From Zygnema circumcarinatum SAG 698-1b (taxonomy: Eukaryota; Plantae; Zygnematophyceae), in assembly GCA_037447605.1 (NCBI GenBank), contig CM074820.1, positions 682,001 to 746,000 of the forward strand: a stretch of DNA of 64,000 bases, written 5' to 3'. The position numbers and the translations under genes were made by a program. Every line of letters starts with the position of its first letter. Positions within the stretch are counted from its first letter, which is position 1. This document shows, in pieces, positions 47,790-59,595 of this stretch. Below the pieces are notes generated by a model. That model was given only the letters and a program-made list of their open reading frames with translations, ran no database searches and had not been told where the DNA came from.

Positions 47790-50700
47790 TGTTCTGTTGC
47801 AGAATAGTTGCGCTCAGCGGGATTCATTTTGCGGCTTTCATACGCTAAAGGTTGGCCATCTTGAAACAAGACGGCACCCAAGGCGAATCCCGAAGCATCA
47901 CAAACCACTTCATAAGGCTTGGACGGGTCCGCTAAACGGAGAGTGGGTGCGGTAACAAGTGCATGGCGCACACCTTCGAATGCATCCTGGCATTCAGGGG
48001 TCCATGTAAAGGGGACACCGGAACGTGTCAAATTAGTCAAGGGAGTAACCAACTTACTAAACCCTTGGATGAACTTACGAAAATAATTCGCAAATCCCAA
48101 GAAGGACCTCAACTGATGCAAGTCAGTCGGTGGCGCCCAAGTTTCTACCGCTGAAACTTTGGCAGGATCAGGCCGAAGACCCTGATCATTCAAGATATGC
48201 CCAAGATAGAGCAACTCACGTTGCATGAAGTGACACTTTTTCCTCTTGGCATAAAACTGGTGTTTTCTCAGGGTCTCAAACACTTTCCGAACGTGTTCAA
48301 GATGTTCCACCTCTGTCTTACTGAAGACAAGGATATCATCGAGGTAAACCAAAACAAACTCGTCCATGCCGTAGAACATCTCGTTCATGACAGCCTGGAA
48401 AGTCGCCGGAGCATTAGTCAATCCAAAGGGCAACACCTTATATTGGAAATGACCAATCGGCGTCCGGAACGCAGTTTTTGGCACATCAGCTTCCGTAACA
48501 CGGATTTGATGGTACCCCTGAGCAAGATCGAGTGAAGTAAACACTCTGGCGCCGTGAAGACGATCCAACAGATCATCAATACGTGGTAAAGCAAAACGGT
48601 TCTTTACGGTGATCTTGTTGAGTGCGCGATAATCAATGCACATCCTCAACGAACCATCTTTCTTCCCAACAAACAAGATGGGCGCCCCAAAGGGGCTTTG
48701 ACTGGGTTCTATCCAGCCCTTTTCACGTAAAAAAGTTGCCAAGCAGCTTTTCATCTCGCCGGTTTCTTCGGGCTTAACGATAGATCACGGCCGCCAAAGG
48801 CGGCTTTTACTCCGAGCTCAAGAGGATTGTGTACTTACTCACTCTATTTGGTGGCCTCTTGGAAGGTCGTCGGGGAAAGGAAAACATCCACTGAACTCAT
48901 CCAACAGAGGTTGGAACTGGGAGGGAACAGTGGAGAGCACATCAGTAGATGTGATCTGCCATTCCTGATCTTCGTCATGAACATCCTCAGTGGCTGCCAT
49001 GACATGCATTATGAACAAGGTGCAACCTTCCTTAACTGCTTTGGCCAATTGCATAGCTGAGCAGAGATAAGGAGTGGCAGGCTGCTTGATAGCAACGGAT
49101 GTGGCTCTGCCAGGGTGCAGGGTAAGCCGCCTGTCACCACTGTGCAGAATGCAATGTGGGACAGAAAAGTCCATTTGTGCCTTGACCATGGTTAACCAAG
49201 CACTCCCCAAAATAACATCGATTACGAGGGGGCGGTTGTGTTAGAAGGCGCGCGGAGTAGGACTGAGCTTGATCTTGAGTGTGGCGCTACGGAGGAGATC
49301 TGGCCCTTCGTCCATCCCGAAATAACACTTTGAATGGGGATACATGGTCAACCCAATCTACGGGTGAGAGCGGGAACTAACAAAAGGATTAGCATCTGCC
49401 TGATATCGTACTTGTTAGAGCTGCTGGGTGACCATTGGCTGATCCGATGAAGGTGATGGCACGATGGGTAGGGTGGAACATAGATCGCACTATATGCGAA
49501 GGTTGAGGACGAGTCGTCCTCCACACCAATGTGTAGGGTGAGCCAACCAGCAAGCTGGTGGATCCTTCCATCTCTTGCACCAACATGTGCCCTTTCCTCA
49601 ACTGTTTCACCAACCGCCCAGTGGCGTTGGGAAAGGTGCGAACTGCCATGTCCTGAGGAACCAGCACATCATTGCAGAACATGGGAATTAGACTTTCCCA
49701 TGACATGCAAAACATCCATGGCACATTGCATGAGAACATCATCGCCCATGACATTGAGGATAAAGACATGCCAATCACCATTCATCACGACATCCATAAA
49801 CCCAGAAGGAGTCACTACAGTGGCAGGAGAGAAATGGAAGAAGGGAGTACATCAAACACAAAGAGATCTTGCACTCCCAAAGGCCTGTCCACCAAGTTAA
49901 GAATGTCCAGGGTTCTAAGAAACAAGAGTCTTTTATCCCTGATGGCAGCCCCATTCCCTCCCCCTAGCCTAGCATGTCCACCAGCAACGACCCCTAAGCT
50001 GCTGGTGGGTTGGGGTTTTCCGGCCCCTTGCCCTTCTTGTCCTTGGTGTTCAGAGGGCAATCACGGGCCTTGTGCCCCTCCTTGCGGCAGCGGAAACACT
50101 TGTTCTCCCGCCGCATCTTCTCCATTTCCTCACGGAGTCAGCTTACTGCGGTATGCGGTGGGTGGTGACGACCACTTCGGTACGCTGGCGCTTGTTCTTT
50201 CGCAGGTTGAGGAGAATTTGAGAATCCGCCTTCCACGACCACTGTCCGCGTCGCTGAGCCTCTGGCGGGGGTCGGGAAGGCTACGCTCGCTGGGGAAGCG
50301 GCGTCCAAGCTGAATGTTGCATCAAAGTCTGGCTGAGTGTTGAGGTCCCCGGTTTGAGTCCGTGGGACCAGTTCTTAAGCTGCTTCCTCGGGTGTGGCTT
50401 GAGCCATTCACGAAGTGGAAAAAGAACTTCAGCTTTGTCGGGCTTGAGTGGTGATTTGGGGCACCACTTGTCGGCAGTCTGCGGCGCTTGGCCATTTGCC
50501 GGTTTGGACCGTGATGCGAGCAGCCAGGGGCGCAAGCGGGATCAAGGCCCAAAGTGTTTGATAAGTTCATCTACGAACTTATCCCAATGAATCCCAATCT
50601 CATCGGAGAGGCCCTCATACACACACGGTATCGCGGCTCCTGTGAGTCTTTGAATGGCAAACTTTACCCACTTTGGAGAGAGACGATTGGTGCTAAGAAA

Positions 50701-52311
50701 GGTAACCCTTAGTTTGGCCGACACTTGCTCAATCAATGATCCGTGAGTAGAGATGTTAGCCCCAAAGGAAGAGGGGCCGCAACAGCCCGATTAAAGTCGG
50801 GCATCCTCGGTAGGTTGCGGGGGAAGCGGTCAGGGGGCGGGATCTCCCCTCCGCCCCGGCGAGCTGCCCGGCGAGGGGGTCCCCCGCTGGCGGGTGGTTC
50901 GCCCACCACCATGGGAGTGGCTTCCCCGATGGAAAAACCGGTCGGGACTTCTGCCCGGTACGCCCAGGCAGCCGGTTGCGTCGGAGACGGACGGCGCTCA
51001 CAGGAGTAACGCTTGCCCTTCCCGGGACTGCGCATCCACGCCTCTACCCGGCTGAGGGAGTTCGGGGCATACCTTCCTCGATCCTCCGGAGCCTGTCCGA
51101 AAGGCCCCGGAACTCCATTTGGAGCGTGTCCACCAGGCGGCGGACCGTGAGCTCCATGTCGTCCACCTGCCTTGTACAGGCCATGGTGGCCACGCGCTGC
51201 TGCCTTACATCCGCTCCTAGTTCGTCGATCTTCTTCTTCATCTTCAGGGACGCGCCCACCGTGATGTGGGCCCGATCATGGGGGTAGGGGCCGGTTAAAA
51301 TTACCGAACCCGCCTGCGGGCTCGGTTGCGGGTAAGGAAGAGGCGGTGGTCTCAGGTGAGCCTTGATCACCCGTGGGCTGGACTCGGCCCCTCCATAGGG
51401 GCCGAGGCGTAGTCTCAGAGTTCTCCCTCCCATCTCCTGCGTCGAGGGAGCGGGGAGGTGGAGGTGGCGGCAAGGCCCGAGGGTCCCCTCAAGCCCCGGC
51501 GAGTGAGCCACTGCCGGCCCACTAGGTTCTCCCAAAAGAAGAAGGCCGCAACGCGGCTCTGATACCAAATGTCACGACTGAAATCTCGCCCCTTCAGCCC
51601 TGCGCGGAATTGCACTTCAGAGTTCAGCAAAGAGAGAGGGGGAGAGAGGGAGAGCTCCAGAGGGTGGTGCAGCCCTGGGCAGGGGTGCAACCGAATGCCG
51701 GTACGTTGGTTGGGTGACGACAGTCACCCTCGCCCCTTTACGCTTCCCCCGTTGAACCTCCTACCAGCATGGAGGATTGGAAGCGGGGCGTCCCAATGGC
51801 GGGGCTGCCGCGTGTCCCTCGACTCGAATGGGTCGAGGGTGGCCTACTTGACCAAGATACTTTCGCCGCATTCCCTTGGCCTTGGCGCCCTTGACATGAC
51901 TTACGCATGGCATCTGTCGGTCTGCCGATCCGAGCCCTCTGGCGCTTCGCTGGTCACGGTATTGATCCGTCATTACCAGCAGGTAACCGTTATTATGCAG
52001 ACGGCGGAGAAGTCAAAAGGGGATCGGGCCGTGGCAGATCAATGTGAACCCAGTTGGTCCGTGTGATGCTTGGATTAGTCCGTGATCCTCACCTCTGAGA
52101 GGAGGGACCTTAGCCGTGGCGATGGGGCCATAGAGATATGTAGCAGCCCCGCGAGGGTGAACCCGGTTCTTCACGGTTAGAACCTAGGACCTCCGTCGTC
52201 ATAGGGTATCGATGCCTAACCCGTTAGATGCTTGCATTGGATGGAAACATAAAGCCACGCCGGGCTCTAAGTAACCCTTCACCCTTGGGGTGACTGTAGC
52301 GTTTCGCTACA
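47790..52311 (-). mobile_element. Family A chromovirus 5' part: 5' LTR 51570-52311, PBS 51556-51567, degenerate gag, PR, RT-RH
   Basis: Exact TGGTATCAGAGC PBS on the minus strand; RT ORF 47762-48754 nearly identical to the plus-strand copy. Confidence 0.93.
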
Positions 52312-52989
52312 TCCCTGGTCTTCACTTACAACACTTCGGTGCACTCCTCCACTGGCTTCTCTCCCTACGAGCTCCTCTATGGCCGTAAGCCCCGCATTCC
52401 CCTAGACCTCCTCTTTGACCCCTCTTCCACGTGCGGCCCAGCGCTCCCCTAGATCCGGGTAGCCGGCCCGGCTCGGCCTCGGCTTCGGAAACCACAGATT
52501 CCATGGCATCCCACAAACTCTAACGAGCTCACAGACGACAACACACCGACTTTGGGAGGCGCCGACGCGCTGCTCTCCCGCCCAATCAGGTAGCGCCACA
52601 TCAGCTCATTTGGCTCAGGAATCTTGCCAAACCGACTCAACGGGCTTTTCCGTGGTTGGGCCCCTTCATTTGTGTCGGTCCGTCGGAGATCCCAGGTTGG
52701 GCCATCATTTCGGAGGGCCCTGACTCTAGTGGGAACGCCCGGCGCTGGCGTTCACACTGGATCGACATTCGTGCCGCCACGTCAGCGGTTCCTCCCCCCC
52801 GCGATGGCTGACCGTTTGCGACCGACAGCGCGGCCTCCTCCGTACCCCCCCTGCCATGCCGACTCCTCATTGGTCCATTTCTAATTCCCGCCACTTTTTG
52901 CCACTTCGCCAACATTTTGCCAGCCGGCCGTCTCTTCCGATGCGGTCATGCCACCCCTCCCCCTTGCCGAATGTACGCGGAAGCTTCTC
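52312..52989 (+). mobile_element. Family C gypsy integrase C-part (degenerate), running into a long N gap
   Basis: Reads SLVFTYNTSVHSSTGFSPYELLYGRKPRIP, the natural continuation of WREVIPS at 30700; shared TSD TCCCT. Confidence 0.85.
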
Positions 52990-53602
52990 NNNNNNNNNNN
53001 NNNNNNNNNNNNNNNNNNNNNNNNNNNNNNNNNNNNNNNNNNNNNNNNNNNNNNNNNNNNNNNNNNNNNNNNNNNNNNNNNNNNNNNNNNNNNNNNNNNN
53101 NNNNNNNNNNNNNNNNNNNNNNNNNNNNNNNNNNNNNNNNNNNNNNNNNNNNNNNNNNNNNNNNNNNNNNNNNNNNNNNNNNNNNNNNNNNNNNNNNNNN
53201 NNNNNNNNNNNNNNNNNNNNNNNNNNNNNNNNNNNNNNNNNNNNNNNNNNNNNNNNNNNNNNNCCGTCTTCTTGACTTCGATACGATACGATACGATACG
53301 ATACGGTCAATACAATACGAAACTCCCCGATGGTTGGATGACGACAATATGTACGACAGTATATGCGTCACGATATGTCAGGATATGATACGATGCTAAA
53401 TGATACAGTACGGTACGGTACGATATGGTAAGATACGATACGTACGGTTCAACATGAACTCTAACATAATACCGCCCGTCTATTCGTAACACAAACCTTA
53501 TATATGCAAATTTAATATTTTCGCCTCATTTTGCCTGGAACCAGGGTGGAAAATATGAGGACCCCCTACTGTAGCTGTACTAGCCGTTACGGGCTCAACG
53601 AC

Positions 53603-54444
53603 CAGGGTTCGTCAAATAGGGGAGATCCCCTAAATATCGTAAATAGCTTATTTATGTAAGATTTTGAGATTAGTTTACGTGATTTCAACTTAAATACCAC
53701 ACAAGCCTCAAAAAAGCATTTTTTTGGTTAAAAACAAAAAGGAAATGTATTGCATTTGCAACCACGATAGCAATGATGTATATGAACTTTACTTGTTGGT
53801 ATAACAACACGGCTTTAGAAACTGGTGCAACCTCTTCGACTCTTATAGATTGGTAAATTTTACCAATCAATTAGAACAACTGTGCATTTGGCAATCACAA
53901 CATATAGTTGCTTATTCAAAAACCCAATTGCTCGAAAACTTTGTAGATCCAATCCTAAGCTCTCTATTTCCTTTTCCATCCATCATTAATTACTCCAAGT
54001 ATCACTTTAGAATCCATCATAGTCTTGAAATTTCCTCACAAAAACTCTATTCCAAATCATAACCTCTGAAATTCTAGGTGTAGTCACAAAAGAAAAACTG
54101 AAATAGGAACTAAAATTGGAAATGAAATGAAAAATGGTCCCACTCCCTTAAGAGTTTTAGGCTGAACAAAACAGCTATAGAAGTGATGCAAACTACTCAA
54201 AGAGACCCTCGAAGAGCGGTCAAACTATCAAACTGTTTGCAGTGAAGAATTCCTTCCAATGAAAAGTCTGTCAACCTCTTTCGAAATTCGTCTTTCTCCC
54301 AAACAATTCCTGTCTTCCTGTATTCCTGTCTCGTCCGTACATGTACGGTTTCGTCCGTACAATCCATATTTACGTGTTTTTACAAAACCAATTTAGGGAA
54401 CAGTCCCCTATCTTAAGCCGAAATCCCCTATTTGACGAACCCTG
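53603..54444. mobile_element. Non-autonomous hAT-type DNA transposon (842 bp)
   Basis: Perfect 21-bp TIR CAGGGTTCGTCAAATAGGGGA; 8-bp TSD TCAACGAC at 53595-53602 and 54445-54452; AT-rich non-coding interior. Confidence 0.92.
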
Positions 54445-57400
54445 TCAACGACTCTTCTCGCACGAACCGCCGTACGAGGCGCTCGCTCCTCTCCTCTTCT
54501 GCTTAGGCTCGATACGGTACGATACGATGCGATACGTACGAACAAACAAAAACTCTAACCTAATACCGCCCGCCTATTGTTAACACAAACACCCTTATAT
54601 TTTCGCTACCCAATATTTTCGCCCCATATTTGCCGAAACCATGGCGAAAATATTGGGGGGGTCTACTGTACAGTACCCCCCCCCTAATATTTTCCACCCT
54701 AGTACTTGCGTTACCCAAGAAATTCGGAAAATGATACAGGGGCCCCATTTTTTGGATATCCGCGCCCCCTTTCTGGAAAAACTGTACTTTCATTTTGGCT
54801 AATCACGCCCCCCTGATCTTCGAGAGAGATCTGTAGACACCCGGACCACAAGGCCAGCAGGATCCCATCGCAGACCGACGACGGCTGCCACAGACGCGCG
54901 CCAGTTCCTCGCGACGCCGGGGCGAAAGCCTACTGAAATCCATGTCCTCACCTCGATCCTTTTGGGTCGCAGGTTGCGACGCGGCGTTTCACCATTGACG
55001 TACCTCCTACGCCGCCCCCATGCCGATACAATGGACCCCATAATATCTTCGCCATTACGCTGTATTTTCCTGAATATGTACAGTTGCGGGCAGCAAGAAA
55101 ATCTTAGCGCTCGTCGCCGCGCCATACCGTATCAGGATACGCCTTTTTCTCGCCGGATTGCATGATGGTATTTTGTATTTAAATGCCTGCCAGCGGGAGG
55201 GTACGCCGATGGTTGGCGGCAACATATGACGTGGCAGCAGCAGTCGACATGACGAACGAGACGCATTGCGGACGGGCGATTAGCCGGAATGGTGGGAAAA
55301 CAACCTGACAAAACGATAGGCACATAACGAAGCGCGTTTCGTGAAAAAATCTGCCGCTTTTACCTCGCCATTTCCATCGCCGCCCGCTGATCTCCACTTT
55401 TTCGCTGGGCTCGCTTGTCACGTCACGTCCCAAACATACTTGTCACGCCATATGTTGCCGCAACCAATCATGTCGCTCCACGTGTTGCGCCCTTATACCT
55501 TGTAGACGCGCAGGCTTCGTACATTTCAAATCACTATCCGTATATCCGATGAAAAAAGGTCTGTATTTATTCTGAAAAGTATGAAACAGCGCCGGGCAGC
55601 AAAAAAAAGGATTTTCTTGTTGCCCGGTGAAAACGTACACTACATTCAGAAAAAGTACACTAGGGCGTGTCAGACTTAAACAACAGGCTGCGGATCAAGA
55701 TCCTCGTGCGTTGCCTTTTTATAGAAATGTCTTCGAACCTTAATTATGTGAAGTGAACTGAAACGGAAACTGATCGAACACATAAGCTGTTTAATATTGT
55801 GTTCTGCTTCAGTTGCTACGAGGCGCGCATTTAACCAATTAGAATGCACCACGTGGCCACTTCTAACACGCCGCGACACATACCCTATTTACAACAATAC
55901 GCCCCAGAAAACATTCAAAACGCAATCTTCGCGCATAGAAAACGACACGTGGTAATGATGTAATGGGAGCCGATATACCCCTTTTTCTGCAAGATTCGAT
56001 CCAACGGTAAACGCACAACCAATCAAAGACGCCGACGTGGCAACGCCGTACTCGCAACTATACCCATTTTCATTAAATCCATCTAATAACCTAACCGGTC
56101 CGTACGCCACATAAAACATCAAAATCAACGCCGCCGCATTTAGAAAACGCACTCGCGGGTAATGACAGAACGTGAACGCTGAGAGCAATTCTATTTTTCG
56201 CGCAAGAGATTCGACCAACGAAACGCATACACCAATCAAGACGCTACGACCCAGTAACGCCGACTACAAGAACTATACCCATTTTCATTAAATTAATCTT
56301 TGACAACATAATCGGCCGCCGCATTTGATCAAATCGATGACTAAGCTTTGCCTCCCAACGCAAAAAGGGAGGTTAGATCCGGTGCACTGCGATGAAGTGA
56401 CAAAATTCCACGTAGCTTGGCACAACAGAAACCAACGACGTCGCCGAATCAACGCAAAATGATCAACTTAACAAAACTATTTGTTAAGTCACATCAAATA
56501 AGGCCGTCAGAACAATGGATTCTAAGAATCCGCCACCGCTTGTCAAACTACAAATATGTCAAGCATGACCGGTCAAACACGCATTAATGACACGCCAGAG
56601 CCGTTTTTAATTTTTGACCAACACGATGACCGTTTCGGCGCTGTCAAATCGAATCCATTCCAAATCTTATGCGGTCCATAGTTTGACAACACAAGTTTAC
56701 GCTTACCAACACATACCGTACAAACATCCCGTTTCAAGCATTGACAACCGACAATCACAATCCCGCGATTGCAAAAATCGCATAAAATGGACTCCACATC
56801 CCCGCCCACAACGATTGTCCAAATACAGCCGCTTGCCAAAGACGGGTGACGCAGCGACGTTGACCTAACAATCGGGATTGCCCCCTCCTGTTGTAAATCC
56901 TTTGACCGCCAGGTTCTTTTTCGCTTTATCTTCTCCTAAAAATACCGGCCCCGCATGTAAACAAGCTCGCCTCAGATTCACCCACGCGATGAGTGGTCCA
57001 CATGGCACCACTTGATTCGTGAGTCGACATTCGGAGTGGCGACTCCACCGACGCTTCTTTTTCCGCCAAGCCGCTCAAGCCGCGCTGGGCGAACAAAAAA
57101 TTGACGGAAAAGGAAAGTTACGAAAGTCAATGTGCCAACCCGCTCGCCAAGGCCGCGATCTCTGCTATCGCATGCCGTCGCGATGAATCCACGCCGCCAC
57201 AAGCCGACTCGCTGCCGCTACGGCGCATATTACCTGCCAATTCATTCAGCGTAATCCCGCTAGATACCCTAGCGCCGACACACGACGGTGATCCGAACAC
57301 GGGCGTAACCGCCACTGCCAGTAAGAGCCACGCGGCGCTCCTCGCCACCGCCAGCCCCCGCTTCACATCGCTATTGTTCCGCTCTTTAAGCGATGCCGCT

Positions 57401-58161
57401 GGTCGGGCCGCTGGCTAAGCCGCGATTCCCGCTGCTGTCAGATGCGCTGCACGTGATGAACGACGCCGCTGCCAGCCAAGACGCGCCGCCGCGCTGGCGC
57501 CATTATCGCTAGTCCACCCGCCTAACGCCGTGAACCCGCTTATACCTCTAGCGCCGACACACGACGGTGATCCGCCACGCTGGTGAACCGCCACCGGCTA
57601 AATAAGACACGCCAGCGGCTCCTCGGCCATCACAGCCTCGCCCACGGTTATTGTTCCGCTTTACGCCACGAGCGGTCGGGCCGCTAAGCCGCATTCAACA
57701 TATCGAGCGCTGTCGCGATAAACGACGCCGCCGTGTCGCGACGCTGCCGCTAATTTTGCACCGGCCCGACGCCTCTATTGATTAATGATGACGCTGCCCA
57801 TCCTCGCCGCTGCATAATCGCCAGAAGCCGACGCCAAGGCGGAGCCACAAGGCCATGCGCCGTTGGCATTGTCAACCGACACAATCCCGCCGACACGAAA
57901 AACGTGAAAAAAGGAGAGAGCCGAAATAGAGCCAAATAGAAAGCCGTTGCGTCTCAGACGACGTTTAATTTATCAAAGCTTCGATGACGCAAACGTTTAC
58001 TTTAACAACGCATTACTATCTTCCTCCCCTATTCTTCACGCCCGACTTCCATTTTCTTACACTGCTTTGTCTAGCTGAAGGGGATTCTTTGGTGGTGCTT
58101 AACTCTTTGTTCGAAATCTACGTAACCAACACTTATATACTTAGCGGGAACATGGAATTAT

Positions 58162-59027
58162 TGGTGAGAAAGGATGAGGAAGGGCCCTTTGGATGGCGCC
58201 CACTTGGAAGGGAGGAGGCCTTTGAAGGGGAGGGAACTTAGCTATCATGGAGCGGGAGAGGCTGACAGCGGAGGAGGAGGGGAGGGAGGGAGGAGGAAGA
58301 GGCCCGAGTGGCGGGTCGCTGAGGTTTTCTTTGCGTCCGTCCTCCGGAGAGGTGAATTGAGGCGAAGGGGAGGTTTTCTAGCGTTGAATTTGGTGTTGAA
58401 GGAGGGAGGGTTGGCATGTGTGAGTGAGGGAAGGCGGTGTAACCAGCACTTATGTGCGTTGCGAATTCTCTACCTTTACGCTGCTGCGGCTCTTGCTGCA
58501 TTTTCTTCTACCAAAGAAATGCGAAAAACCGAAAAATAATGATTGGTGGAGGAGGAGGAAGGAGGAAGGAGGGAGAAGGAACATGGAGTGTGGTGAAAGG
58601 ATGAGGAGGGCCCTTTGGATGGCGCCCACTTGGAAGGGAGGAGGCCTTTGAAGGGGGAGGGGGCAGCGCCATGGAACGGGAGAGGGGAGCGGCAACGGAG
58701 GAGGGGGGGGGGGGGGAGGAGGAAGAGGCCCGAGTGGCGGGTCGCTGAGGTTTTCTTTGCGTCCGTCCTCCGGAGAGGTGAATTGAGGCGAAGGGGAGGT
58801 TTTCTAGCGTTGAATTTGGTGTTGAAGGAGGGAGGGGGTTGGCATGTGTGAGTGAGGGAAGGCAGTGTAACCAACACTTATGTCGTTGCGAATTCTCTAC
58901 CTTTCTGCTGCTGCAGCTCTTGCTGCATTTCTTCCTACCAAAGAAATGCGAAAAACCGAAAAATAATGATTGGTGGAGGAGGAGGAAGGAGGAAGGAGGG
59001 AGAAGGAACATGGAGTGTGGTGAAAGG
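58162..59027. repeat. Tandem duplication of a ~430-bp unit (2 copies)
   Basis: GGATGAGGA(A)GGGCCCTTTGGATGGCGCCCAC...GAACATGGAGTGTGGTGAAAGG occurs from ~58162 and ~58591. Confidence 0.9.
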
Positions 59028-59276
59028 GACAATGGTGGAAGAGCGAAGGAAGAGAAACGAGAGGGTGTTGAGGAAGGAGGAGGAGGAACGAGGGTGTTGA
59101 GGGAGGCTACTAACTAACAAGCCACACACTGGTTACCACGGGCCACCGGTGAGTCCGTCTCACACCAGGAAGTCGTGGCCGCTGTTCCGGGTTTACCGGG
59201 CCGGTCACCACGCTTAGGTTGTCCGTCCATAGTCAGTCAGTCAGTCAGTCAGTTAGGTTGTCCGTCCATAGTCAGT

Positions 59277-59458
59277 CAGTCCTCTGGACTTAAAAGATAC
59301 AGTCCTCTGGACTTAAAAGATACAGTCCTCTGGACTTAAAAGATACAGTCCTCTGGACTTAAAAGATACAGTCCTCTGGACTTAAAAGATACAGTCCTCT
59401 GGACTTAAAAGATACAGTCCTCTGGACTTTAAAGATACAGTCCTTTGGACTTAAAAGA
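59277..59458. repeat. 23-bp tandem repeat, ~8 copies
   Basis: Unit CAGTCCTCTGGACTTAAAAGATA, contiguous with no spacers. Confidence 0.95.
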
Positions 59459-59595
59459 GAAATCGCTGGACATTTTGAAATCCTGGACATGTGAAAATTT
59501 GGACATTTGGAAGTTTTCAAAATAACCAAAAAAAAAATAAAAATAAACATGATAAAAATGACATCATGATGTACATAACGTTCGTACTTACGCTT

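Noticed and set aside
46700-48860. Large palindrome centred on the gap at 47780-47789
   Set aside because: Both arms stop at the same base (TCTGCAACAGAACA) at a 10-N gap. This is two near-identical TE copies joined by scaffolding, not a real hairpin.
59277-59458. 23-bp repeats (and the 45-bp and 42-bp arrays) as a CRISPR array
   Set aside because: Units are contiguous with no unique spacers, there are no cas genes, and the context is eukaryotic.
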